In this document: positions 38,960 to 48,845 of the stretch, piece after piece
Position numbering within the stretch: the stretch's first letter is position 1
How the letters are laid out: each line of letters begins with the position of its first letter
Notes under the pieces: generated by a model
What the model saw: only the letters and a program-made list of their open reading frames with translations
What the model was told of the DNA's origin: nothing
Databases searched by the model: none
Translations under genes and position numbers: made by a program
Origin: Arenicellales bacterium
GTDB lineage: Bacteria > Pseudomonadota > Gammaproteobacteria > Arenicellales > JAANXG01
Assembly (NCBI GenBank): GCA_049583715.1
Contig: JBAUWJ010000279.1
Coordinates: 8,172-72,171, forward strand
DNA length: 64,000 bases
Reading direction: 5' to 3'

Positions 38960-40330
38960 ATGCGCGAATTTCCAGCCGCCACCCCCAGCGATCGGCCCCG
39001 GCGCGAGGTCTTCTCCGTGTCGGCCCTGAACCGCCGCCTCAAGGACCTGCTCGAGAGCGGGTTTCCCCAAGTGTGGGTGGAAGGCGAGATCTCGAACCTC
39101 TCGCGCCCCGGCTCGGGGCACGTCTATTTCTCGCTCAAGGACGACCGGGGCCAGATACGCTGCGCGCTGTTCCGCGGCCGCGGCCAGTACGTCAACGTGG
39201 ATCTCATCGACGGTGCCCGGGTGCTGGTGCGGGCGAGACTGACCCTGTACGAGCTTCGCGGCGACGTTCAACTGGTCGTGCAGCACGTCGAGGATGCCGG
39301 CGAGGGCGCCCTTCGTCGAGCCTTCGAGGCCCTCAAGCGCAGGCTCCGGGACGAGGGGCTGTTCGACGAACGGCACAAGCAGCAGATCCCGGTGCTACCG
39401 GCAAGAGTCGGTATCATCACCTCCCCCACCGGTGCCGCCGTACGCGACATCCTCGCGACCTTTCGGCGCCGATTCCCGGCGATCCCCTTGCTGATACACC
39501 CGGTTTCGGTGCAGGGCTTCAAGGCTGTCGACGAGATCTGCGAGGCGCTGCGCATCGCGTCGGGGCGGCGCGAATGTGACGTATTGATACTCGCCCGCGG
39601 CGGGGGCTCGCTGGAAGACCTCCAGGCTTTCAACGACGAGCGGGTGGCACGGGCGGTCTTCCAGTGCACCGTCCCGGTGGTGTGCGGGGTGGGCCACGAA
39701 ACGGATTTGACGATCTGCGATTTCGTTGCCGACCGGCGTGCGCCCACTCCCACGGCCGCGGCCGAGCTGGTCAGCCCGAACGCGCAGGAATGGCTCCAGA
39801 ATGTGTCGCAGATGGGCGCGCGGCTCGCGACTCTCGTGAGCCGCCGGCTCGAGCAGATGTCCCAGCACGTGGACTGGCTGAGCCGTCTCATCACCCACCC
39901 GCGGCGCCAGCTACGCGCCCGCGGCGACCGACTGCAGGCCTCTTTCAACGCCCTCACCGGGGCAATGCGCTCGGAGCTGCAAGCGCACAGGCTCCATGCA
40001 ATGTCGGTGTCCAACCGGTTGATCCACGACAACCCCGGCGCGCGCGCGGCATCGCTTTCCCATCGCGTCGCCCTGCTCGAGGAGCGCGCCCGCCAGCGAA
40101 TACGCCTCGGCCAGACCACTCGCCGGCAGCGGCTCGAGCACGCCGTGTCTCGACTGAACGGCCTCAGTCCGCTCGCCGTACTGGGACGCGGATACGCCGT
40201 CGTCACCGACCCGCGATCCCGTAAGCTGATCAAGAGCGTCGACCAGACGGCGGTCGAAGGCGATGTCGACGTCCGTCTCCTGGACGGCAGCCTCGGATGC
40301 GTCGTCAAGAGCAAGAGACCCAATGACTGA
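38960..40330 (+). CDS. xseA: Exodeoxyribonuclease VII large subunit
   Basis: The ATG at 38960 gives MREFPAATPSDRPRREVFSVSALNRRLKDLLESGFPQVWVEGEISNLSRPGSGHVYFSLKDD…, which is collinear with E. coli XseA. It is divergent from guaB, as in E. coli. Confidence 0.92.
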   Translation: MREFPAATPSDRPRREVFSVSALNRRLKDLLESGFPQVWVEGEISNLSRPGSGHVYFSLKDDRGQIRCALFRGRGQYVNVDLIDGARVLVRARLTLYELRGDVQLVVQHVEDAGEGALRRAFEALKRRLRDEGLFDERHKQQIPVLPARVGIITSPTGAAVRDILATFRRRFPAIPLLIHPVSVQGFKAVDEICEALRIASGRRECDVLILARGGGSLEDLQAFNDERVARAVFQCTVPVVCGVGHETDLTICDFVADRRAPTPTAAAELVSPNAQEWLQNVSQMGARLATLVSRRLEQMSQHVDWLSRLITHPRRQLRARGDRLQASFNALTGAMRSELQAHRLHAMSVSNRLIHDNPGARAASLSHRVALLEERARQRIRLGQTTRRQRLEHAVSRLNGLSPLAVLGRGYAVVTDPRSRKLIKSVDQTAVEGDVDVRLLDGSLGCVVKSKRPND

Positions 40331-41189
40331 CCGGGAATCGCGAGCGTGCGGCCGAGCGTCCGTTGCGCGTCGCGGGCGATGGTTTACCGCCGCGGCAGTG
40401 CTGCTGCTGTGCTGTGTTCCGTGCGCGGCCCAGGTCACGCTCGACTCGGTGCCCGGAGGGCTGACGGAGATTCCCCTCGGCCCCCTGGATCGTCCCCGCC
40501 CAAGCGCGTACTTCGGTGAGAAACGCATCCTGGTGATGCCGTTCGCGAAACAGTGGGTGGGCCTGGTAGGGTTGCCGCTGACGCTGGTGCCGGGCGATTT
40601 CGTGATTCAGGCCCACCTCGAAAAGGGTGGGGACGCCATCACGCGCCAGTTCACGGTTTACCCGAGGCGACTCGGCAAGCAGACCGTCGTCGCCGTGCCT
40701 GCATCGCCTCTCGACAACCCCGAGATCCCATTCAAGTGGCGGGATGCGCTCGATGCGAAGCTGCCCCTTCAGGCGCCGGTGGCCGTCCCGGCGGAGCCTC
40801 TCTTCGGCCGCTATCGGCAGGTTTCCGGGGCCCAGTCCAGCTATGTGAGTTTCGTCTCCTTTCACATCAGATCGGATGTTTCGGTCAAGGCACCCGGCGA
40901 CGGACGCGTCGCCGCTGTAAAGGTGCACGGTCCCGGCGCCTACGTCTGGATAGACCACGGCATGTCCTTGTACAGCTGCGTCGGACCGGTACTGCGTCCG
41001 CCGTTGCACGAAGGGGACGCCGTCAAGGCGGGTCAGAGCATCGGCAGGGTGGTGGTGGAGACCGCGGACAAGCCCAGTACGATCTTCTGGGCGGTATACC
41101 TGAACGGCGCCGCGGTGGACCCGTTTCTCGTCTCCAGTATGGAAAAGGCCCGGCTTTCGACTCCCGGGAACGGTACGGGCCCGGGCTGA
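40323..41189 (+). CDS. LytM/M23-domain protein with an apparently degenerate active site (signal peptide)
   Basis: The ATG at 40323 overlaps the xseA end by 8 nt. A signal peptide is present (…WFTAAAVLLLCCVPCAAQV). The LytM core is FHIRSDVSVKAPGDGRVAAVK…AYVWIDHGMSLYSCVG…GDAVKAGQSIGRV…. The usual HxH motif position reads STIFWAVY. Confidence 0.7.
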   Translation: MTDRESRACGRASVARRGRWFTAAAVLLLCCVPCAAQVTLDSVPGGLTEIPLGPLDRPRPSAYFGEKRILVMPFAKQWVGLVGLPLTLVPGDFVIQAHLEKGGDAITRQFTVYPRRLGKQTVVAVPASPLDNPEIPFKWRDALDAKLPLQAPVAVPAEPLFGRYRQVSGAQSSYVSFVSFHIRSDVSVKAPGDGRVAAVKVHGPGAYVWIDHGMSLYSCVGPVLRPPLHEGDAVKAGQSIGRVVVETADKPSTIFWAVYLNGAAVDPFLVSSMEKARLSTPGNGTGPG

Positions 41190-41215
41190 CTCGAGCTGCC
41201 GCCGGGCCTGACTGG

Positions 41216-42208
41216 CTACTGCATAGCCGGAATGGCTTTCGCCTCCCGCTCCAGGTCCGCCTGCACCATCTCCGCGACCAGGCTGTGGAAACCGACCTCC
41301 GGGCGCCACCCGAGGGTAGCCTTGGCCTTCGCGCAGTTGCCCAACAGAACGTCGACTTCGGCCGGCCGGAAGAACCGCTCGTCCACGACCACGAACTGCT
41401 CGTAATTCAGTCCGACCTGCTCGAAGGCGCTCCTGGCGAATTCTCGAACCGAGTGCGCCTCCTCGGACGCGATCAGATAGTCGTCGGGCTCATCCTGTTG
41501 CAGCATCGACCACATGGCCTTCACGTAGTCCCTGGCATGGCCCCAGTCGCGCCTGGCTTCCAGGTTTCCCAGGCGCAGCTCGTTGGCGAGGCCCAGCTTG
41601 ATCCTGGCGACGTGCCGGGTGATCTTGCGGGTGACGAATTCGAAACCCCGTATCGGAGATTCATGGTTGTAGAGTATGCCGGACGATGCATGTATCCCGT
41701 AGGCTTCCCGGTAGTTCCTGGTCAAGTCGAAGCCCGCGACCTTCGAGATGCCGTAGGGTGAACGGGGATGAAACGGGGTGTCCTCCGTCTGGGGAACGTC
41801 ATGGACCTTGCCGAACATCTCGCTGGATCCGGCGAAGTAGAATCGACAGTCCGGCTGGCACTCCTTGAGCGCGGCCAGAACGTAGTGCGTCCCGTTGATA
41901 TTCGTGTTCAAGGTGGAGAACTCGTCCTCGAACGAGTAGCTCACGAAGCTCTGGGCCGCGAGATGATAGAGCTCTTCGGGCTCCACCGTTTGCACAGCCT
42001 TGAAAATGCTCGGAAAACTTTCCAAAGACGCGGCATGGAGAACGACGTCGTCCAACAGATGCCGGATTCTCCACATGCGGTGATCGGGATCCTCCAGCGC
42101 GACGCGCCGCACCAGGCCGTGGACTTCGTAATTCTTGCCGAGGAGAAATTCCGCCAGGTACGCGCCGTCCTGGCCCGTAATGCCGGTTATCAAGGCGCGC
42201 TTAGCCAA
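41216..42208 (-). CDS. gmd: GDP-mannose 4,6-dehydratase
   Basis: …KRALITGITGQDGAYLAEFLLGKNYEVHG…SSEMFG…SPYGISKVAG…ILYNHESPIRG.EFVTRKIT… are canonical Gmd motifs. I placed the start at the TTG at 42208, giving (M)AKRALITG, with AAGAGG 9 nt upstream. The track ORF's 34 extra codons look non-coding. Confidence 0.9.
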   Translation of the reverse strand: MAKRALITGITGQDGAYLAEFLLGKNYEVHGLVRRVALEDPDHRMWRIRHLLDDVVLHAASLESFPSIFKAVQTVEPEELYHLAAQSFVSYSFEDEFSTLNTNINGTHYVLAALKECQPDCRFYFAGSSEMFGKVHDVPQTEDTPFHPRSPYGISKVAGFDLTRNYREAYGIHASSGILYNHESPIRGFEFVTRKITRHVARIKLGLANELRLGNLEARRDWGHARDYVKAMWSMLQQDEPDDYLIASEEAHSVREFARSAFEQVGLNYEQFVVVDERFFRPAEVDVLLGNCAKAKATLGWRPEVGFHSLVAEMVQADLEREAKAIPAMQ

Positions 42209-42248
42209 CTCAGGATGCCTCTTGTGTGCTGCGTACTGCGTCGAGTGG

Positions 42249-43238
42249 TTACAGCAGTCCGTGCTCCCGGTACCAGTCGGCCGTCGCCGCTGCGCCGGTC
42301 CGGAAATCAACTTCCGCCGAATAGCCTAGTATCCGCCCCGCTTTATCGCTGGACAAGGTGAAGCTCTTCTTGAAGAAATCCAGGCGGCGCCGGTGCAGTG
42401 GCGGTTGGATGCCGAGGGGTCGCAACACGCCCTCCAGAACGCAGGCTGCGATCGTGAACGGAAACAGCGGCACCCGCCAGGCGGGTACGCTCTTGCCGAG
42501 GGCCGCCGCGATCGTGTCGGCCATCTCGCGGGTGGTCAACGGGCGCTCCCCGGCCAGAAGGAAGACCTCGCCCGGGGCGCCTTCAGCCTCGGAAGCCCTG
42601 ACCATGCCTTTGATGAGGTCGTCGATATACACCAGATGGTGAAGGTTCCGGCCGCTGCCGATCACGAAGAACATTCCCTTGTCGATGGCGCGAAACAGCT
42701 TCAGCAGCCTGCGATCCCCGGGTCCGTACGTCTCCGAGATCCTGATGGCGACCACGGGCAGCCTGTCGCCGTAGGACAGTACGAGCCGCTCGCCCTCCAG
42801 CTTGGTGACGCCGTAGATGTTGTCGGGGGCGGGGCTCGTGGTCTCGTCGATCACGCCCTCTTTCGAGCCGTACACGCCGATCGTGCTCCCGTGGACGAAC
42901 CGCCGCACGCCGCTTTCAACGCAGACGTCGAGCAAGCGCCGGGTCCCTTCGACGTTCACGTCCCGGAAGTGTTGATCCGGAACGTTCGCTTCGTGCTGGG
43001 CGGCCGCCAGATGGTAAACGACATCCCGGCCCTTGACCCGGTCGGCGAGCCGGTCCCGGTCCGCCATCGACACCAGATCCACTTCGATGCCTTCCCGGAC
43101 GAGGAGGTTCCTGTTGTCCTCCTCGGCGGCCGTGTTGGCCTGCCCCAGAACGAGCACATCCTGTCCCGCATTCCGGCAATGAAGCGCGAGCCGCGAGCCG
43201 ATGAAGCCCGTACCGCCTGTGATCAGTGCCCGTGTCAT
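42249..43238 (-). CDS. NAD-dependent epimerase/dehydratase-family SDR (extended SDR)
   Basis: The ATG at 43238 forms an ATGA overlap with the upstream stop and gives MTRALITGGTGFIGSRLAL…. The catalytic motif YGVTK (YxxxK) is present. Length is 329 aa. Confidence 0.88.
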   Translation of the reverse strand: MTRALITGGTGFIGSRLALHCRNAGQDVLVLGQANTAAEEDNRNLLVREGIEVDLVSMADRDRLADRVKGRDVVYHLAAAQHEANVPDQHFRDVNVEGTRRLLDVCVESGVRRFVHGSTIGVYGSKEGVIDETTSPAPDNIYGVTKLEGERLVLSYGDRLPVVAIRISETYGPGDRRLLKLFRAIDKGMFFVIGSGRNLHHLVYIDDLIKGMVRASEAEGAPGEVFLLAGERPLTTREMADTIAAALGKSVPAWRVPLFPFTIAACVLEGVLRPLGIQPPLHRRRLDFFKKSFTLSSDKAGRILGYSAEVDFRTGAAATADWYREHGLL

Positions 43239-44968
43239 GCGGAGGCCGCCTGCTCCATTGCCGCAACGGAGCCGAGATGCCGGAACAGGCTTTCGACCTC
43301 TTCGACTTCCCGGCGTATGCGCTCGCCGCTCCACCCCAGCTCGCGCCCGAGGACCTGCGCACTGCGCTCTATCGCCGCGCGGCCGGGATGGCCTCCCGTG
43401 CCCAGGTCCGTGCGCCGGAAGACGACGTCCGAAAGCTTGACGGCCATCTCTTCACGAGCTGCGTAAATTACCTCTTCCTCCACGACATGACTGCCCGCCA
43501 GGAGGCGTGCCGCCGACCCGGCAGGGTTCCCTGCGGCCAGCACCCGCTCGGAGGCTATCCCATGATTTCGCGCCAGTGCGTCGCGCGTTGGAAGCGGCAG
43601 GGCCGGCCAGCGGGCCTGGATATCCGCCAGGAGATCCTCGAAACGCCCAAACCCGCTTCCGTACACATCGGTGATGTGGGTCTTCGACGCCACCCGGCCC
43701 GTGCCCAGCTTTGCCACCACCATGTCGACGGCCCTCTTCGCGTCGCTGCGGGCCATGGTATACCGGATCCCGATCAGCGAAACCAGATTGTCGATGCCAT
43801 GGGTGGTCTGGTGGTCCACGAGCCGTGAACGCTTGCCGTAGCTCAGATTTCTGGCGTCCGCCTGCCTGTCTCCGAACAGCACCAGGCCGGCGTTCCACTG
43901 CGTGACGTCTTCGAGTGAGAGATCCAGAGGCGGGTAAGCCCCGTTGATCTCGTCAATGAAACGAGCGAGGTCCTCCCGGGACACCGTGACCGCGTCCGGG
44001 TCGCCCCGGTAAACAACGTGCCAGACGCCGATGATGCTGTACTCGCGCCAAGGCACGATGAACAGGTGGCGTGCCTGGCGGCTCAACAGCGCATCGGGAT
44101 CCCGGTTTCGCGCCTGGACCGCCAGGGTATACGGGGAATCGAGGCGACGGCGCACGATGAAATAAGCGTCGCGCGAAAACGTGCTCGCCGGCGTCAGCGG
44201 CGTTGGGAGGCTTCTCGACAGAAGCCGCTCGGCCCACGGTCCCGCCGCGTTGATGAATGCGCGCCCGCGGATCACGAGCTCCGCACCACTCAGCTTGTCC
44301 CGCGCCTTCACCGCCTTGACGGAGCCGCCGGCACGCTCGAGGCCGGCGGCCTCCACGTAGTTCGCCGCATCCAGCCCGGCCGCGCACGCCGCCCGCAGGA
44401 ACGCCATGGCGAGCCGCGGCGGGCTGTACATCTGGGCATCGTGGAACAACACCCCGCCGGTCAGACCCGGATCGTCGAAACCGTCGAAATGCTCCAGGAG
44501 CTCGGACCGGGAGAGTTTGCGGGCGGCGGGGATCCTCCGCGAGGGATCATGAATGCCGCGGTTGCGATCCAGTGTCAATGCGTCGTAGGCCAGCGTGGCG
44601 GCGCGGAGAATCTCCTTGCCGTTCCTGCCGTGCCCGAACGTCGGGACCACGATGGGCAGCGGCGTGACCAAGTGGGGCGCAATCCGCAGCAGGATGCTGC
44701 GTTCGCGGGCGGACTCGCGCAGCCTGACGAGATCTCCGTGCTGCAGGTAGCGTATGCCGCCGTGCACCATCTTGTAGCAATTGGCGGACGCGGCGCCGGC
44801 GAAATCGCCGCGCTCGATCAGCGCCACCTTGAACCCCCGCAACACGGCGTCCCATGCCGCGCAGATTCCGAAAATGCCGCCGCCGATCACTACCACGTCG
44901 TAGCTGGTCGACGACAATGCGTCGAGGTCCCTCTTCATGGGCTCATAGACGCCGGCCATGTGACTCAA
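43235..44968 (-). CDS. FAD-dependent oxidoreductase, glycerol-3-phosphate dehydrogenase/oxidase (GlpD/DAO)-like
   Basis: 577 aa. The sequence …YDVVVIGGGIFGICAAWDAVLRGFKVALIERGDFAGAASANCYKMVHGGIRYLQHGD… is a typical GlpD-type N-terminus. Confidence 0.85.
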   Translation of the reverse strand: MSHMAGVYEPMKRDLDALSSTSYDVVVIGGGIFGICAAWDAVLRGFKVALIERGDFAGAASANCYKMVHGGIRYLQHGDLVRLRESARERSILLRIAPHLVTPLPIVVPTFGHGRNGKEILRAATLAYDALTLDRNRGIHDPSRRIPAARKLSRSELLEHFDGFDDPGLTGGVLFHDAQMYSPPRLAMAFLRAACAAGLDAANYVEAAGLERAGGSVKAVKARDKLSGAELVIRGRAFINAAGPWAERLLSRSLPTPLTPASTFSRDAYFIVRRRLDSPYTLAVQARNRDPDALLSRQARHLFIVPWREYSIIGVWHVVYRGDPDAVTVSREDLARFIDEINGAYPPLDLSLEDVTQWNAGLVLFGDRQADARNLSYGKRSRLVDHQTTHGIDNLVSLIGIRYTMARSDAKRAVDMVVAKLGTGRVASKTHITDVYGSGFGRFEDLLADIQARWPALPLPTRDALARNHGIASERVLAAGNPAGSAARLLAGSHVVEEEVIYAAREEMAVKLSDVVFRRTDLGTGGHPGRAAIERSAQVLGRELGWSGERIRREVEEVESLFRHLGSVAAMEQAASA

Positions 44969-45123
44969 ATGGATTCGGGGAGGCTGTTAAAGGCGCGGTA
45001 TCATAACGGCAAACGGATCGAAACGCACGCGAACCCGGGCCAAAGAGGGAGACGCACCCGCGTGCACGGCATCATCGACCGGCATCGAGACCGCCGTTCA
45101 ATGGCGGATCCGCGAATGGGGCC

Positions 45124-46692
45124 TCAGTGCGGTTGTCTCCCCTCGAAGATGAGCACCCGGTCGCCGTCCTTGTTCCAGAAGGTCTTCACCGGGTCCCGAT
45201 GCAGCTTGTACGCGACGTACTGCGCCCGCTCCGGGTCGTTGTGGGAAACATTCAGCGCCAGATAGTCATAGTGGCGCCACCGGCCGCTCCAGATCTCGTG
45301 CATCGCCTCGTCCCACGAGTACGCGGCGCCGCTGCGAAATGCCGACTCGGCACCCGCGTAATAGATCACCCGGCGCTCGTTGCTGTAGAGATTCGATCCC
45401 GTGCTCATGTGCGCCCGCAGCCAGAGCCCGGCTTCCCTCAGATAGTACTTGTTGGTGTCTATGGAAAGTCCCTTGATACCCGCTGCAAGGACGAGCAACG
45501 CCAGGGCCGGAGCCAGCCATCGAACGTGCCTCCGAGCACCCGCCGAGGAGAAGGAGCTCCACAGTCTCTCCAGGGTGAATGGGACACATGCCAGCAAGGT
45601 GAGCCCGAGGGCGAACGGATACCGATCCGTCAGGAAGAAGTTGATGAATGCGAATCCGCACAGGTATCCAAGGTTGATCGCGACCACGGCCCACCAGTAG
45701 CCGTCGACCCGGCGGCACGGGAAGAGCCGGCCCCCGGCAAGGCCATAGCCCACGAGAATGGAATACGTCACCGAGGTCGCCCTCACAATCTTGACGACCA
45801 CCATCCACCCCAGGGTGATCAGAAACGTCGGCCAGGCGACCAGGAAGGAAATGTGCCCGGGGAATTCCCGGCCGAGCGCCTCCAGCCTCGAGGTCACGTC
45901 CCGACCCACGCCAACCCAACCCGCATACAGCCGCTCCGTCAAAGTCGACGCTGCGCTGCTCGAGTCGGGCACGTGCTGCCAGAACACGGCCGAGCCTATC
46001 ATGAGCGCGCCCACTGTTGCCGCGGCGGCCACCACCACCCATCGGACGGCCCCGCGCGTTCGGGCCGCGACCAGCGAAAATGGCAACAGCACCAGAAACG
46101 CGAGTCCCTCGACGCGAAACAAGGCGGCCAGCGTCGTCGCCGCGGCCCATAGCACCAGGGATGATGTGGCTCCCGAGCGCACGTGGGAAAAGAAATACGC
46201 GAGTCCCCACAGGTAAAACGCCCAGAACCCGATGTCACGAATGACGAAAGATCGGTATTCGTTGAGACTGGGGTGCAAAAGGAGGACGATGGCGCCGAGA
46301 ACGAGCACGCGCCCTTCACCGCCAAGCGCCTGGAGAAGCGCCAGGAAGCCCCAGACCAGAAGCACGTACAGCGCGGCATTCACGCCGTAGGCGGCCTGAG
46401 CCGCCGTCAGGCCCGTGACCTTGGCGGTTGCGGCCGTCACCATGGAATAGAAAGGCCATTTGTAGACCTCGAATCCCTGGTGCCACTCGCCGCCCAGGAA
46501 ATACCCGGCGGCGCGGACGTACTGCGTGCCGTCGTTGTTGATGATGGGGTCGGCGTGCCATGCCCAGAGGGACAGCAGTATGCTGGCAAGAGCGGCGGCC
46601 GCGCACAGCCAGGGCCGCTGCACCAGGACTCGGTGGGGGTCCCGGGACACCCTGGCCGCGGGCGTGCTCAGAGAAACAGGAACAACCGCCAC
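45124..46692 (-). CDS. GT-C fold polytopic membrane glycosyltransferase, GT39/ArnT-like
   Basis: 522 aa with ~10-12 hydrophobic segments. The first periplasmic loop is …ADPIINNDGTQYVRAAGYF…. A C-terminal soluble domain follows. The start overlaps the upstream gene by 25 nt, so the start is uncertain. Confidence 0.7.
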   Translation of the reverse strand: MAVVPVSLSTPAARVSRDPHRVLVQRPWLCAAAALASILLSLWAWHADPIINNDGTQYVRAAGYFLGGEWHQGFEVYKWPFYSMVTAATAKVTGLTAAQAAYGVNAALYVLLVWGFLALLQALGGEGRVLVLGAIVLLLHPSLNEYRSFVIRDIGFWAFYLWGLAYFFSHVRSGATSSLVLWAAATTLAALFRVEGLAFLVLLPFSLVAARTRGAVRWVVVAAAATVGALMIGSAVFWQHVPDSSSAASTLTERLYAGWVGVGRDVTSRLEALGREFPGHISFLVAWPTFLITLGWMVVVKIVRATSVTYSILVGYGLAGGRLFPCRRVDGYWWAVVAINLGYLCGFAFINFFLTDRYPFALGLTLLACVPFTLERLWSSFSSAGARRHVRWLAPALALLVLAAGIKGLSIDTNKYYLREAGLWLRAHMSTGSNLYSNERRVIYYAGAESAFRSGAAYSWDEAMHEIWSGRWRHYDYLALNVSHNDPERAQYVAYKLHRDPVKTFWNKDGDRVLIFEGRQPH

Positions 46693-48845
46693 AGCGCAAC
46701 CGCCGCGTAAGCATAGTAGGCGAACCTGATGCCCCTCGGTGCCCTCAGGACGACGCCGAGCAGCACCATGTTGGCCAGGACCAGCACGCCCATCGGTTGG
46801 TGATACACGATATCGGGAGGATGACGTCCGTAGTGCGCGAGTATCACGGCGACCATGGTCGCCACCGACATCCAGAGCAGGAAGCCGGTTCTATCGGGAG
46901 CCGTGTGTTCCACACCCGCGGGCTCCACGGTGTCCTGGGCGCTCCGACGGCGCAGGGCATAGACCCAGGCCACCACGGCAAACAGGGCGCCGGGATAAAG
47001 CACGTACGCCAGGAAGTTGAACTCCTCCTTGTCCCACTCCCTCAGAAGCCCGCGCAAGCCACGCTTGTGCAACGCAGCCTGAAACGTCGGGAGCTGCCCG
47101 AGTCGAAACGAGGTTTCGAGGTTGCTCAAGCGCCTAGAGTACTGTTGCTGAACAGTGGTGTGCTCGATGAACAGCCGGGCCGACGCCGCGAGTCCTCTCG
47201 GCGACGAGTACCCGTCGAGAAAATGGGTCTTGATCTCCGTGTACTCCTCGTTGAAGTAGAGATGCTTCACGACGGCCCAGGGCGCGATCGCGGCCGCGAA
47301 CACGAGGACCAGCACCATGGGCCCGGCCAGTGCTCGAATCGACAGGAATCCCCGTTCCCGGAATCCCCGCCAGAGCGCCCACAGGTAGAAGAACGGGATC
47401 CCGAGGACGGCGCCCGCGTGAAGGTTGGCGCCAAGCCCGAACAACAGCCCGGATCTCGCCCACCCTCCCGCCGATACCCGTCTGCGGAGAAGGTAGTACA
47501 GGCCGCTCAGAAACAATGCGCCGGCGCTCATCTTGAACCAGGTGATCAGGTAGTTGCCGATCATGAACGCATTCGCGCTCACCAGCATCAGCAGGAGGAA
47601 AGTGTTCGAGACACCCAGGAATCGACGGGCGATGGCGGCTGCCGGGAACACGATCATCAGGTTCATCGCCACTCCCAGCATTGTGTAGACGAAATAGGAA
47701 CCCGCCAGAGTGCTCGACAGTGGAGCCACTATGGATCGTATCGCACCGTAGACGATCCCGGGGAGCATTTCCCTGTCCGCGACGCCGTAGATGAGCTGAC
47801 CACCGCCGTAGTATTTCTCAAAGGGGGTATTGTCGGCGATGGCCAAGCCGTTGACGTATTGCAGCATTCCGTCGTGGGCGAAGAAGGCACCGAAAGTCTT
47901 CGGCCCCGCGACATGCCTGAAATACATGTTTTGAAGGGGCAGGTTCGCGTCATGGACCAGAATCACACACAGTGCCAGCAGCAGCACCATGTAGGCGGCG
48001 ACCTCCTGCCAGGAGCCGCGCACCAGCCCTGCCACGTCTCCCCAGGCGCGCCTCCTCGAGATTTCCATTAGAAGGATCGACAGGAGTCCAGCGGCGAAAA
48101 CCAGCGTATACAGGTGGGCCCGGGACGGTGACTGGCCCAGCGCCAGCACACCGGTCAGGCACAGATAAACGACGATGTAGAACACAAGGGAGCCGGCGAA
48201 GACCCACACCTGGAGCCCCGATTCCGAGAGCGCGCGCCGGCGCAGGAGCACATAGAGCAGAGCGCCGGGAAGAAGCAACAGAACCGCGACGCCCAGGGTG
48301 ATCGCATAGGGCCACGCCCGGTAGTCCCACGGACCCAGCGGCCGCACTTTGATCGATTCGAGCACGGCATCGCCACGTTCGTTGCGGCTCCGGAAGGTCA
48401 GCCGAATCCGGCCATAGTTGCCGTCGGGTATTCGTGCGTAGTACACGGTGCCGGCGCGGTTAGGCACATCGACATTGATCCGCGCCCGTCCCAGGAACCG
48501 TTGGCCCCGCGGGGCGAAATCGACGAGGAAGTAACGGAAGTTGTCCAGACGCCGGAAACGGAATTCGAGCTTCTCGCCGCTCACACGGCGAGGGAAAGGT
48601 ATGACGAAACCGGCGTCCATATCCTGCGCCTGGATCCGGGCGCCTCCGTCGGGCAGGGGCGTATAGGCGTATACCCCATAGAAACCCGATGCCTTGGCCA
48701 GCGGCAGGCCATGGCTCGACGACTGGTCGGCGGCCATCGCGGGCGCGGCAGCAATGCCCGGCAGCAACCGTACCGCAGCGACCAGCACACAGAGCAGTAC
48801 GATGACCGGACCACGACATCGAAGAGCGTGTACGCAAGTCTTCAT
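46668..48845 (-). CDS. Large polytopic membrane protein with an N-terminal periplasmic domain (function unknown; possible GT-C-type transferase/polymerase)
   Basis: 725 aa. It has a signal/anchor sequence and a ~150-aa soluble region (…KLEFRFRRLDNFRYFLVDF…GRIRLTFRSRNERGDAVLESIKVRPL). More than 12 hydrophobic helices follow. No catalytic family was recognised by eye. Confidence 0.6.
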   Translation of the reverse strand: MKTCVHALRCRGPVIVLLCVLVAAVRLLPGIAAAPAMAADQSSSHGLPLAKASGFYGVYAYTPLPDGGARIQAQDMDAGFVIPFPRRVSGEKLEFRFRRLDNFRYFLVDFAPRGQRFLGRARINVDVPNRAGTVYYARIPDGNYGRIRLTFRSRNERGDAVLESIKVRPLGPWDYRAWPYAITLGVAVLLLLPGALLYVLLRRRALSESGLQVWVFAGSLVFYIVVYLCLTGVLALGQSPSRAHLYTLVFAAGLLSILLMEISRRRAWGDVAGLVRGSWQEVAAYMVLLLALCVILVHDANLPLQNMYFRHVAGPKTFGAFFAHDGMLQYVNGLAIADNTPFEKYYGGGQLIYGVADREMLPGIVYGAIRSIVAPLSSTLAGSYFVYTMLGVAMNLMIVFPAAAIARRFLGVSNTFLLLMLVSANAFMIGNYLITWFKMSAGALFLSGLYYLLRRRVSAGGWARSGLLFGLGANLHAGAVLGIPFFYLWALWRGFRERGFLSIRALAGPMVLVLVFAAAIAPWAVVKHLYFNEEYTEIKTHFLDGYSSPRGLAASARLFIEHTTVQQQYSRRLSNLETSFRLGQLPTFQAALHKRGLRGLLREWDKEEFNFLAYVLYPGALFAVVAWVYALRRRSAQDTVEPAGVEHTAPDRTGFLLWMSVATMVAVILAHYGRHPPDIVYHQPMGVLVLANMVLLGVVLRAPRGIRFAYYAYAAVALWRLFLFL

